This document shows positions 51,489 to 59,152 of a stretch of DNA of 59,152 bases, in pieces. The notes under the pieces are model-generated. The model saw only the letters and a program-made list of their open reading frames with translations, had not been told where the DNA came from and did not search any database. Source of the stretch: Candidatus Shapirobacteria bacterium. GTDB lineage: Bacteria > Patescibacteriota > Microgenomatia > UBA12405. A program made the position numbers and the translations under genes. Position 1 is the stretch's first letter. The number at the start of each line of letters is the position of its first letter. The DNA lies in the NCBI GenBank assembly GCA_041663285.1, contig JBAZSP010000002.1, positions 1 to 59,152 of the forward strand, read 5' to 3'.

Positions 51489-51635
51489 AAGCCATTTTAC
51501 CACATCGCCCTTTTTGTGTTACAAATATATTAGAATGCTCTTACAATTTATTTTTGGTCTCATTAGTCTCTCCATCATCCCATTTTTGACTTTGTCCCTC
51601 CCCCTACCAGTCTTCGTCGTTTAGACTCCTTTACT

Positions 51636-52070
51636 TTGAGCCACGAACTTAAAAGCTGTCACCATTCCTGGTTTGGTTGTGTACTTCTTCTTGTTGGCGG
51701 TATTTCTACTAGTTTTTTCTTCTTTTTTATGCCAGTCAATACCTATCCTGACGAGTTTCATTTTATAATTATGCTTTTCTTTTCATTTATCATTTTAACA
51801 GCCGCTACCTTATATTATCCCGATTCTTGGTTTCATTTTCTATTTGCTGGAATTACTGCTCTGGCTCTTTACCTGCTAGCAATCTTTGTCAGCCTTGTTA
51901 TTTTAATATTTATCCCTCTGTCCGGGTCAGTTGGACTGTTGATTCTTTTTTTGGGTTTAATTGCTTTCTTTTCTTACCAGTTACTCCGCCGCTTTTCGGT
52001 TACCGGCGTCACCGAATGGATATTTATTTTCACTCTTTCAGTCTGGTCGGTACTTTATTTTATTTTCTAA
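51636..52070 (+). CDS. Hypothetical polytopic membrane protein (144 aa)
   Basis: Four hydrophobic segments, TTG start in the track. No family recognised. Confidence 0.5.
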   Translation: MSHELKSCHHSWFGCVLLLVGGISTSFFFFFMPVNTYPDEFHFIIMLFFSFIILTAATLYYPDSWFHFLFAGITALALYLLAIFVSLVILIFIPLSGSVGLLILFLGLIAFFSYQLLRRFSVTGVTEWIFIFTLSVWSVLYFIF

Positions 52071-52140
52071 ACCCCTTAGGTAACTCAAACCGCCTAGTCT
52101 ACCAAGCTACCTAATCCTAATGTCCTCTCCTTACTCTTGT

Positions 52141-52200
52141 CCACCGAAGCTTTAGCGTAGGTAGGATCACCTGTCCCGATCGAAGCATCGGGAAAGGAGG
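52141..52200. repeat. Composite REP-like hairpins (CCACCGAAGCTTTAGCGTAGGTAGG, then GTCCCGATCGAAGCATCGGGA)
   Basis: The first part is related to the leuS copies. The second has a CCCGAT/ATCGGG stem like the hairpin inside murB (36631-36646). Confidence 0.65.
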
Positions 52201-52215
52201 GGCTAGGGGTGGATT

Positions 52216-52312
52216 TCTTAATTAAAAATTAGAATTTAGAAATTTTGAATTTGTTTAGAGTTTAGATATTAGGATTTAGAATTTAGAACTTAGGATTTAG
52301 AGCTTAAATGCT
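52216..52312. repeat. AT-rich TTAGAAT/TTAGGAT heptad array
   Basis: ttagaatttagaaattttgaatttgtttagagtttagatattaggatttagaatttagaacttaggatttagagc. Confidence 0.65.
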
Positions 52313-52337
52313 ATTCATGAATCCTGAATCAAAGTCG

Positions 52338-54413
52338 TTATTCGTACCTTAACGCATTCAAAGCCGAAATCGCTCTGGCCCTTTTTGACGGATACCAGCC
52401 CGTAAATATCCCCACCACAAAAGATATCATCATAATAAAAATTACAAAAAATATCGGTAAATAAGTCAAATCTAAAGTAGCTTGCCCTTTCATCACCGAA
52501 ACTAAGCTTAACCCAATCGATACCAATTTGCTTCCCGCATATCCCCCAATCACCCCCAAAGCGCCTCCACCAACCCCCATCATCATTGATTCTGCCAAAA
52601 ATAATTCCCTCACCTCGTCCGATTGCATCCCCATGGCTTTCATTACCCCCACCTCTCTCGTCCTCTCCAATAATGACACCGTCATCGTATTAAACATCCC
52701 CAGTGAGGCCACCGCCAGGGCAATTGTTCCCAATAGCCCCAAAACCAGCCGTAAAGTTTTGAAAATCTTTTCGATTCCCACTACCGTATCCACCGTACTC
52801 GATGTTTTATAACCCATCATCTCCGTTAACCTCCTGGCTTCAGCCAAATCAGCTTCTTTATCCACCAGGATTTTTAGCTGGGAATAATTACTAACTCCTA
52901 ATTTTCTGGCATCACTTAAATGAAAATAAAAATAATTACTGCTGTCATCGTCGATTACTCCCTTTATTAAATATTCAGTTTCTTCTGACTGGGCCCGCCC
53001 TTGCTTGTTAGCTAGTAACGAATCCGGCACAATAAATACTACCGAAAACATTTTTTCGCCCACCTCTTCCAGTTTTAAACCTAACATCTCCATCATTCCG
53101 CTACTAATGTATGCCTCTTTTACCGCTTCCTCCTGAAATTTTATGGTATTAACTTTATTCTTATCATCCTCTTTTTGATTTAATTCTACCCACTCAACTC
53201 CGTTTTTATCGATTGTCGTTGTCTTGGCAAACATCAAGGCCGAGGCCGAGGCCACCTTGGCATCTTCAACCAATGTGGTGTTAATTCCCAACACTTGGTC
53301 GCTCCTTTCTTTTATTCCCTCCAAATACTCAGTTAAGCTTTCTGCCTTAAACAATTTTCGGCTGTCCCCGTCAATTATCAGATCGTCCAGTCTCAAGTAC
53401 CCAACTGCCCATTTTTGCTTGCCTATACCATCTACTTCCGGAGCCGCCCCATCTTCAGTCATTCTCCACAAAGGAACTTTAGCCTTCATCCACTTGGAAT
53501 ATTCCTGATCCAAATATACATCTTTGCCGTCTACTTGCTCCTGACTGTCGTATTTTTCCCCCCAAACTTCCTCTCCGATATAACCGTTTTCCCTCCGGAT
53601 CACTACTCCCACCGGCTTTCCTTGGTTTTTACCCTCGCTGTATATTATCGCGTTACTACCTTGTTTTACATTAAACTTAACTACTCCCTTATCTACTTTT
53701 TCTCCATTCACTGCAAAGCTCACTTCTTCAGTCTCCCCCAAAATTTTCTCCGAGCCAGGAATCATCGCTTCCTCATCCATATTTTTGAACTTCTCCTTGG
53801 TCAAATAACCCACCCCTGTAATCTGCAAATATCTGGCATCAACTCCAAACGACATTACGTCCAGCACCGAATTATTAAATTTTACTTTAGCCACCATCGA
53901 CACAATCGGCAGAACCTCCTTCACTCCATTAAAAGTTTGGATTTTCCCAATTGCCACTTCGTTCATTTTGCTTAATGATGCCTTTACCAAACTAACATCG
54001 GCCATCTTTAATTCATTCAACTTAGCTACCCGGGATATCACCAGTTTTTCCAGCCCGTATCCCACTGACACCAAAAACACAATTGCTCCTACCCCTAATG
54101 CCACTCCGCCTATAGTCACTATCGACCTGGCACTTCTCGACCTCATGTTTTCCAAAGCCAACTCAACTAAATAAGCCCGAGAGATTTGGCCACCCCGATC
54201 GTAGTCCATCCAGAATATCATTTTGTCGACCAGCTTCATCAAAAGCTGCCCTCCCAACAGTCTAAAACCCTTGCCGGCAATCTTTAGTTCGATTAAAAAA
54301 TTCAGTATCTGACGGAAGATAATCAGGCACAACACAAAAATAAAAATAATATTGAAATATATTAAACATCCCCAATTTTTAACTGTTTCCACCATGCGAT
54401 TAATTTTTCTCAT
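52338..54413 (-). CDS. MacB/FtsX-type ABC transporter permease with a large extracytoplasmic domain
   Basis: 691 aa. A TM helix is followed by a ~430-aa extracytoplasmic region, then a C-terminal FtsX-like three-TM bundle (VGVMKAMGMQSDEVRELFLAES...). Confidence 0.75.
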   Translation of the reverse strand: MRKINRMVETVKNWGCLIYFNIIFIFVLCLIIFRQILNFLIELKIAGKGFRLLGGQLLMKLVDKMIFWMDYDRGGQISRAYLVELALENMRSRSARSIVTIGGVALGVGAIVFLVSVGYGLEKLVISRVAKLNELKMADVSLVKASLSKMNEVAIGKIQTFNGVKEVLPIVSMVAKVKFNNSVLDVMSFGVDARYLQITGVGYLTKEKFKNMDEEAMIPGSEKILGETEEVSFAVNGEKVDKGVVKFNVKQGSNAIIYSEGKNQGKPVGVVIRRENGYIGEEVWGEKYDSQEQVDGKDVYLDQEYSKWMKAKVPLWRMTEDGAAPEVDGIGKQKWAVGYLRLDDLIIDGDSRKLFKAESLTEYLEGIKERSDQVLGINTTLVEDAKVASASALMFAKTTTIDKNGVEWVELNQKEDDKNKVNTIKFQEEAVKEAYISSGMMEMLGLKLEEVGEKMFSVVFIVPDSLLANKQGRAQSEETEYLIKGVIDDDSSNYFYFHLSDARKLGVSNYSQLKILVDKEADLAEARRLTEMMGYKTSSTVDTVVGIEKIFKTLRLVLGLLGTIALAVASLGMFNTMTVSLLERTREVGVMKAMGMQSDEVRELFLAESMMMGVGGGALGVIGGYAGSKLVSIGLSLVSVMKGQATLDLTYLPIFFVIFIMMISFVVGIFTGWYPSKRARAISALNALRYE

Positions 54414-55179
54414 GAGCTTTTTTTTGAATTGTCATTTTAGTTCTTGACCCTTTCTTGCCGACCAAATTTCCTGACACTTTTTTTACCTCTTTTCCGGTGA
54501 TTTCTTCCACCAACTCGCCGTCAATTATATGAACCAATTTTGTCGCATACCGTAAATACTCCAAATCATGGGTTACCATCAGAATCGTTTTACCTTGATC
54601 CTGATTAAGCTTGACTAATAACTGCATCAATTGATCTCCTGATACCGTATCCAGATTCCCGGTCGGCTCATCAGCTACCAACATTATCGGATCGATAGTC
54701 AGAGCCCTGGCCAATCCCACCCTTTGCTGTTGGCCTGAAGACAGCTCTGACGGATGCTGGTCAGCCAGCTTTTCAAGGCCCAATTCTCTCAACACCTGAA
54801 GGGATCTTTGGTTGGCCATCTCCTTGTTGATACCTTTAAGTCGATTAGGAAAACTGACGTTCTTTAACACGTTTAAAGATTTTATCCATATTGATTGCTG
54901 AAATACCACCCCCACCCTTTCCTTGCGAAACCTGACAATTTGATCCTCATTCATCGAATATAAATCCCTACCATCAAATATCACTCTCCCCGACGTTGGC
55001 GCCTCCATTCCCAAAACTGTATGGAGCAGTGTTGATTTACCACAGCCCGACGGTCCAAATACTATTACAAATTCTCCGATTTCGATTTTTAAATTAAAAT
55101 TTTTCAGCACCGGCACCAGCTGACCCCCTACTTTAAAACTCTTATTTAAATCGTTAACTTCCAGTATTGTCTTGGTCAC
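54400..55179 (-). CDS. ABC transporter ATP-binding protein (MacB/LolD-like)
   Basis: Walker A GPSGCGKST, signature LSSGQQQR, Walker B MLVADEPT. Confidence 0.9.
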   Translation of the reverse strand: MTKTILEVNDLNKSFKVGGQLVPVLKNFNLKIEIGEFVIVFGPSGCGKSTLLHTVLGMEAPTSGRVIFDGRDLYSMNEDQIVRFRKERVGVVFQQSIWIKSLNVLKNVSFPNRLKGINKEMANQRSLQVLRELGLEKLADQHPSELSSGQQQRVGLARALTIDPIMLVADEPTGNLDTVSGDQLMQLLVKLNQDQGKTILMVTHDLEYLRYATKLVHIIDGELVEEITGKEVKKVSGNLVGKKGSRTKMTIQKKAHEKN

Positions 55180-58100
55180 TTTACCATTTCGTTTAAACTT
55201 GTAAAAAACCGGAAACTTTTAGACAGATTATCCACCACAATATCCATGGCCGACCTAGTCGACTTAGGAGTAATAATTACATTATCATAAGAATTGGCCT
55301 CATTGCCCACCCTATCTCTGGCCATAACCCTCAAGTGATATACCTGATTCGGCCGTAAATCTGGTATTGTTACCGTGTGATTGGTATTTAACGCCTTATC
55401 TTCTTGAGATCGGTTGGCATATTCGCTTCCGGTTCCTTCCCCAAACTCTATTTGAGCTGTTGCCGGCTCATCGGTATCCCAATAAACCGTTATTTGAGCC
55501 GTCGTCTCTTCTCCGGCACCCGTCACCGTCGCCTCGACTTCCAGGTTCTGAATTGTTGGCGGCCTCATATCTTCCGAAGTCTTAAATCTCTTCTCTTCGG
55601 CCCTACTCGAATTCCCGGCCATATCCTTCCCTTTTACCAGGATTATATAATCCGTATTATCGTCCAAGTCTTTAACTACCATCTCATGCAGCTTGCTCAA
55701 TGTTAGCTCCACCTGGTCCTTTATCATTTCCGGCCTTCCCACCGGATAGTAGCTGACAATCGAGCTGATTCCGGTATTTGAATCCCACGCTATTCTGATT
55801 GTGGCTGTCGACATTCCCTTTACCTGTTGGATTTTGATATTCTCCACCTTCGGCATCGGCAAAGTTTCAAAGACATAATCATCACTGTTAAAAACATTTG
55901 ATTCTTCGTCTTCCGCCGCTATCTGCAAATGATACTCTTCACCTTCGTCCAGATCCTCCAATTTAACCGTGTAGTCCGATTCACTCGTTGATGTCGCCAG
56001 GCTCTCGGTCATCCCATAGGCAGTCGTCTTCCCGTATTTTACTGTCGCCTTGGATGTGTTCCTCAGGGTGACATTGACATAAGCCGTATACAAACCTATG
56101 TCAGTAATTCTAACTTCAGCCACCGACGGAGCTGAATTAGTCGTAAAACTATATTCCACTGAACTTCCTTGGTTTCCATCTTCATCCGTCCATAGAACCT
56201 TATAATAATATTTTGTTCCTGGATTTAAATTACTCAGACCGATAGAATGTGCCGTCACCTGATCCGAAGATCCAACTTCATTACCATAATTACCACTACT
56301 GGCTCCATATTTTACAAACGAATTCGCCTCCCGACTAGTCGACCAGCTGATAGTCGCCGACTTAGTTTTTACTGTACTACTTGGAGCTGTCGTTAAGTCT
56401 GGTGCTACCAGCCATTTCCCGGTCGGTGTCAAAGACACTGTCGACGACACCACACTATACTGGTTAGTCGAATCATAAGCTTTAACACACAAATAATACA
56501 TTTGTGAGCTCAGCGCCGTCCCCCCGATATCCGCTACCACACATGTCGTCCCTCCGGTCGTCCCCGCCAGACTGAATTTGGAAAAATCAGTCTCACAGCT
56601 AGCTAATGTACTGGAGATATAAACTGCGTAACCAGCAAATCCCGTTCCCAAATTACTTGGTGGATCCCAAGTTAGCCCGACTTTATATTGCTTAGTTGCC
56701 CTGATGGAGTTATCAAAGGTTTCCAGGTTTCGAGGTATACCCGGCGCCGAAGTGTCTGCCGTAAAATCCACCGAAGCATAAGCATCGTAATTCACATTCC
56801 CCGCCTCGTCCACCGCCACAAGATACAATACATTTTTCCCCTTGACCGTGGCATAAGGACCACTGCTTAAGCTGTTGGTTATCACCGCGGTGTAGTTAGT
56901 TGCCGATGGTACGGTATTTACTGAATAGCGATACTCTGAAATAGATCCTTTGTAGCTCTCCGGCTCATCCCAGCTAAAGGAAAAAGAATTGGCGGTATTG
57001 TAGCTAATTCCCACTGCCAAGTTTCTTGGAGCTGATGGCGCCGATCCGTTGTAATAATATGATAGTTGGGTATAGTCGGATTCATTGCCTGCGTTATCAA
57101 TGCCTTTTATGTAAAAAGTGTTGACTCCGTCCTGATAAGCCTCAACCGCTGTCAACTGAGTGCCAGCTGTAAACTGGTCGTTAGCAAAAGGGCTCGTTCC
57201 ACCGGCTCCGGTCTTGTATTTATAGCCCAAAAATCCAGAGGTGGTATTGCCCACATCGCTGGCTGCCATCCAGTAAACCGTAAAGTTATTAATCGAAGTA
57301 TAGGATCTGGGATTGACCGAAACCGAAACCGGAGCACTTGGTAACACCCCATCATATTTGTAAGTAAACATTGTCCCGGCCGCGCTGATATTGCCTGAAT
57401 TATCCTTAGTCTGTAATCTTAAATAATACGTTAACCCGTCTGCCAGACTACACTCCGACCAACCACCACTACCCACCCGCGAGCTAGTCCCACTGGCTAC
57501 ATAGGCATAACAGTCGTCAGCGCTATTCTCCGTCGGCGTCGCCCCTACCTCTGAAGTTAATAGCACATAATACCCGGCTACTCCTGACGCCGACCTACCT
57601 TCGACCTCTGTGTCCACCCCGATTTCCCAAACAAATGACGGCGTGGCATAGTTATACCAATTGTTTGTTGTTAAAACTGTCGTCCCCACCGATGTCGAAT
57701 ATCCGATTACTCCGGCAGCACTTGGATTAGTCGGCGGATCGGAGTCCTCAACATAGGTTAAAGTAATTCCCGAAACCACCGGCGTCTCGCTCTGAATACT
57801 ATTACTGGCCAAAAGCGCTTTCCATTGTAAATAGCGTCTTGGATCAGAGGCGATACTGGTCCCAACCGCCTGAGCCCAATTCCCCCACGCCAGATTATCG
57901 GCCGATGTCCGGGTAAAATATTGGATTGAGCTCCCTTCGGGGGCCGTAGCCGAAGTTACAAAAGCGGAGGTCCCCCAAAGCCCATTAGCACTCAAGTCCA
58001 TTACTGGGCTAATATACGTTCCGCTGCTATTGTATCTCGCCATCTCCTCACTCCCGTCCTGTTGATTTATCAAACCGCCCCAGTACAGGTCACTAATTTG

Positions 58101-59152
58101 TCTTTGTGTTAAAGCCGTATTGTATATTTTAAAATTCGAGATAACCGAATTAGCACTACCATAAGATGAATAACCCAACAATAGCGAGGTAGGAGAGGCA
58201 GTAATATTGTAATAAGTACTATTGCTAATCACTTCTTCACCGTTTACATATAATTTCTTTAAAGCCGCATCCACGTCCCAAGTTGCTGTTATGGCGTACC
58301 ATTGGCCTGTTGCCCAGCTGGATATTACATACGAATCGCTATCATTTCCCTCGGCGTTTTCTGGCTGGTCAAAATAAATAATGCCATTGCTGTTGGTATG
58401 TTTCACCAATCTTAGGGCATTGTTGTTTAATGAAAACAAATTACCGTTAGTCTTTCCCGGCGGATGGGTCAATTTTATCCAAAAGCTAACCGTTCCCCTA
58501 TCTTCATTAAAATTACCTGCAGCCCCATATATCAGATTACCCAATGCTCTCTCCGAAGCCGAAGTGTTTTCAGTTCCATTCCAGCTGTAACCGTTGCCTA
58601 AACTCCCATCTGCATAAGTCGTCGGAAAGCTTTTCCTTTCCAGCTGCATCCCATCAACATAGACCGTCTTGCCCGACTTAACCTGAATTCCGAAAGACCT
58701 AGTCTCACCCGCCCCGGTTACTACTCCATTCAATCTCCACCATCCTCCGCCCTGATCGGTGTAAGTTGTCCCGATTCCGGTTGCTCCAACACTTAATTGG
58801 GCAATACTCGACGACATCGTCCCTCCGATATTCCCAGTCGTTCCATCGTAAACATATGCTGACAGCATATAGCTAGCCGTAGTACCCAGATTTAAATTTA
58901 CAGCCAGTTCATCCTCATACCCGCTGTTAATTAATTTGATTGAATTGCTACCAAATTTATAATATGGCACCGAAGAGTTAGCTGACGGTGCCAAGGCTGT
59001 AAAGCTATTAAAGTTACAATCGTATTGATTAACTCCCGATGCGTCTGATCCAAAATAGGCTGTCACTGGTACTGTCCCAAATGTCAATCCTACTCCGATG
59101 TTAGCTGTCGCCACATAGTTGTCGCTGACTTTTAAAGTTAATATCCCGCTAC
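55176..59152 (-). CDS. Giant surface protein (more than 1,324 aa, 5' end beyond the window) with a LamG/concanavalin-like domain and multiple fibronectin-III-like repeats
   Basis: The frame stays open upstream of the track's GTG (59114) to base 59152. GTVSFWIKL...LFSL...WYAITATWD...LYVNGE is LamG-like. Repeated ~90-aa modules with W..P...G...Y.V/Y patterns are FN3-like. ATGA-type overlap with the ABC ATPase. Confidence 0.8.
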   Translation of the reverse strand, partial: SGILTLKVSDNYVATANIGVGLTFGTVPVTAYFGSDASGVNQYDCNFNSFTALAPSANSSVPYYKFGSNSIKLINSGYEDELAVNLNLGTTASYMLSAYVYDGTTGNIGGTMSSSIAQLSVGATGIGTTYTDQGGGWWRLNGVVTGAGETRSFGIQVKSGKTVYVDGMQLERKSFPTTYADGSLGNGYSWNGTENTSASERALGNLIYGAAGNFNEDRGTVSFWIKLTHPPGKTNGNLFSLNNNALRLVKHTNSNGIIYFDQPENAEGNDSDSYVISSWATGQWYAITATWDVDAALKKLYVNGEEVISNSTYYNITASPTSLLLGYSSYGSANSVISNFKIYNTALTQRQISDLYWGGLINQQDGSEEMARYNSSGTYISPVMDLSANGLWGTSAFVTSATAPEGSSIQYFTRTSADNLAWGNWAQAVGTSIASDPRRYLQWKALLASNSIQSETPVVSGITLTYVEDSDPPTNPSAAGVIGYSTSVGTTVLTTNNWYNYATPSFVWEIGVDTEVEGRSASGVAGYYVLLTSEVGATPTENSADDCYAYVASGTSSRVGSGGWSECSLADGLTYYLRLQTKDNSGNISAAGTMFTYKYDGVLPSAPVSVSVNPRSYTSINNFTVYWMAASDVGNTTSGFLGYKYKTGAGGTSPFANDQFTAGTQLTAVEAYQDGVNTFYIKGIDNAGNESDYTQLSYYYNGSAPSAPRNLAVGISYNTANSFSFSWDEPESYKGSISEYRYSVNTVPSATNYTAVITNSLSSGPYATVKGKNVLYLVAVDEAGNVNYDAYASVDFTADTSAPGIPRNLETFDNSIRATKQYKVGLTWDPPSNLGTGFAGYAVYISSTLASCETDFSKFSLAGTTGGTTCVVADIGGTALSSQMYYLCVKAYDSTNQYSVVSSTVSLTPTGKWLVAPDLTTAPSSTVKTKSATISWSTSREANSFVKYGASSGNYGNEVGSSDQVTAHSIGLSNLNPGTKYYYKVLWTDEDGNQGSSVEYSFTTNSAPSVAEVRITDIGLYTAYVNVTLRNTSKATVKYGKTTAYGMTESLATSTSESDYTVKLEDLDEGEEYHLQIAAEDEESNVFNSDDYVFETLPMPKVENIKIQQVKGMSTATIRIAWDSNTGISSIVSYYPVGRPEMIKDQVELTLSKLHEMVVKDLDDNTDYIILVKGKDMAGNSSRAEEKRFKTSEDMRPPTIQNLEVEATVTGAGEETTAQITVYWDTDEPATAQIEFGEGTGSEYANRSQEDKALNTNHTVTIPDLRPNQVYHLRVMARDRVGNEANSYDNVIITPKSTRSAMDIVVDNLSKSFRFFTSLNEMVK

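Noticed and set aside
51386-51635. A T-box riboswitch upstream of leuS, the usual aaRS leader in Firmicutes-like bacteria.
   Set aside because: I found no GGGTGGTACCGCG-type T-box sequence, no AGAGA/GNUGA stem I elements and no specifier loop. The distance from the predicted -10 to the terminator is only ~100 nt. The short Leu-rich ORF explanation fits better.

Overview
This 59-kb fragment is low-GC (about 40% by eye), and the + strand carries more C than G whichever way the genes run. From gene content I infer a Patescibacteria/CPR-like (Microgenomates-type) chromosome, but I cannot confirm that without a database search.

Recognisable core genes:
- nrdR-nrdJ plus a PduO-type adenosyltransferase
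- secE-nusG-rplK-rplA, separated by about 14 kb from rplJ-rplL
- murF-like, ddl, murB, a tagA-like gene and mreB
- pyrG, ruvC-ruvA and ruvB, an M16 peptidase, and leuS
- a MacB-type ABC pair downstream of a protein of more than 1,300 aa with LamG and FN3 domains
- two tRNAs

Most interesting observations:
1. An 11-codon leader ORF with four consecutive Leu codons sits upstream of leuS. It can form mutually exclusive hairpins and is followed by a U-tract terminator, which suggests a ribosome-mediated attenuator on an aminoacyl-tRNA synthetase gene.
2. leuS is interrupted by one in-frame TAA. It also carries many in-frame copies of the repeat families seen in intergenic DNA.
3. A 1.26-kb island of clearly higher GC and no strand skew is bounded by inverted repeats and encodes a single lipoprotein.
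4. Two tandem paralogs fuse a DNPH1/NDT-like N-glycosidase domain to a ribbon-helix-helix domain, and sit divergent to a radical-SAM/SPASM gene.
5. rplA and a histidine kinase each need a frame change to be read through.
6. Fragments of the tRNA-Pro ends are duplicated upstream of the gene, and the neighbouring tRNA-like gene is non-canonical.
7. Many genes have a -10 box only 4-7 nt before the start codon, as expected for leaderless mRNAs.

All calls come from reading the sequence and ORF track by hand. No searches or folding programs were run.
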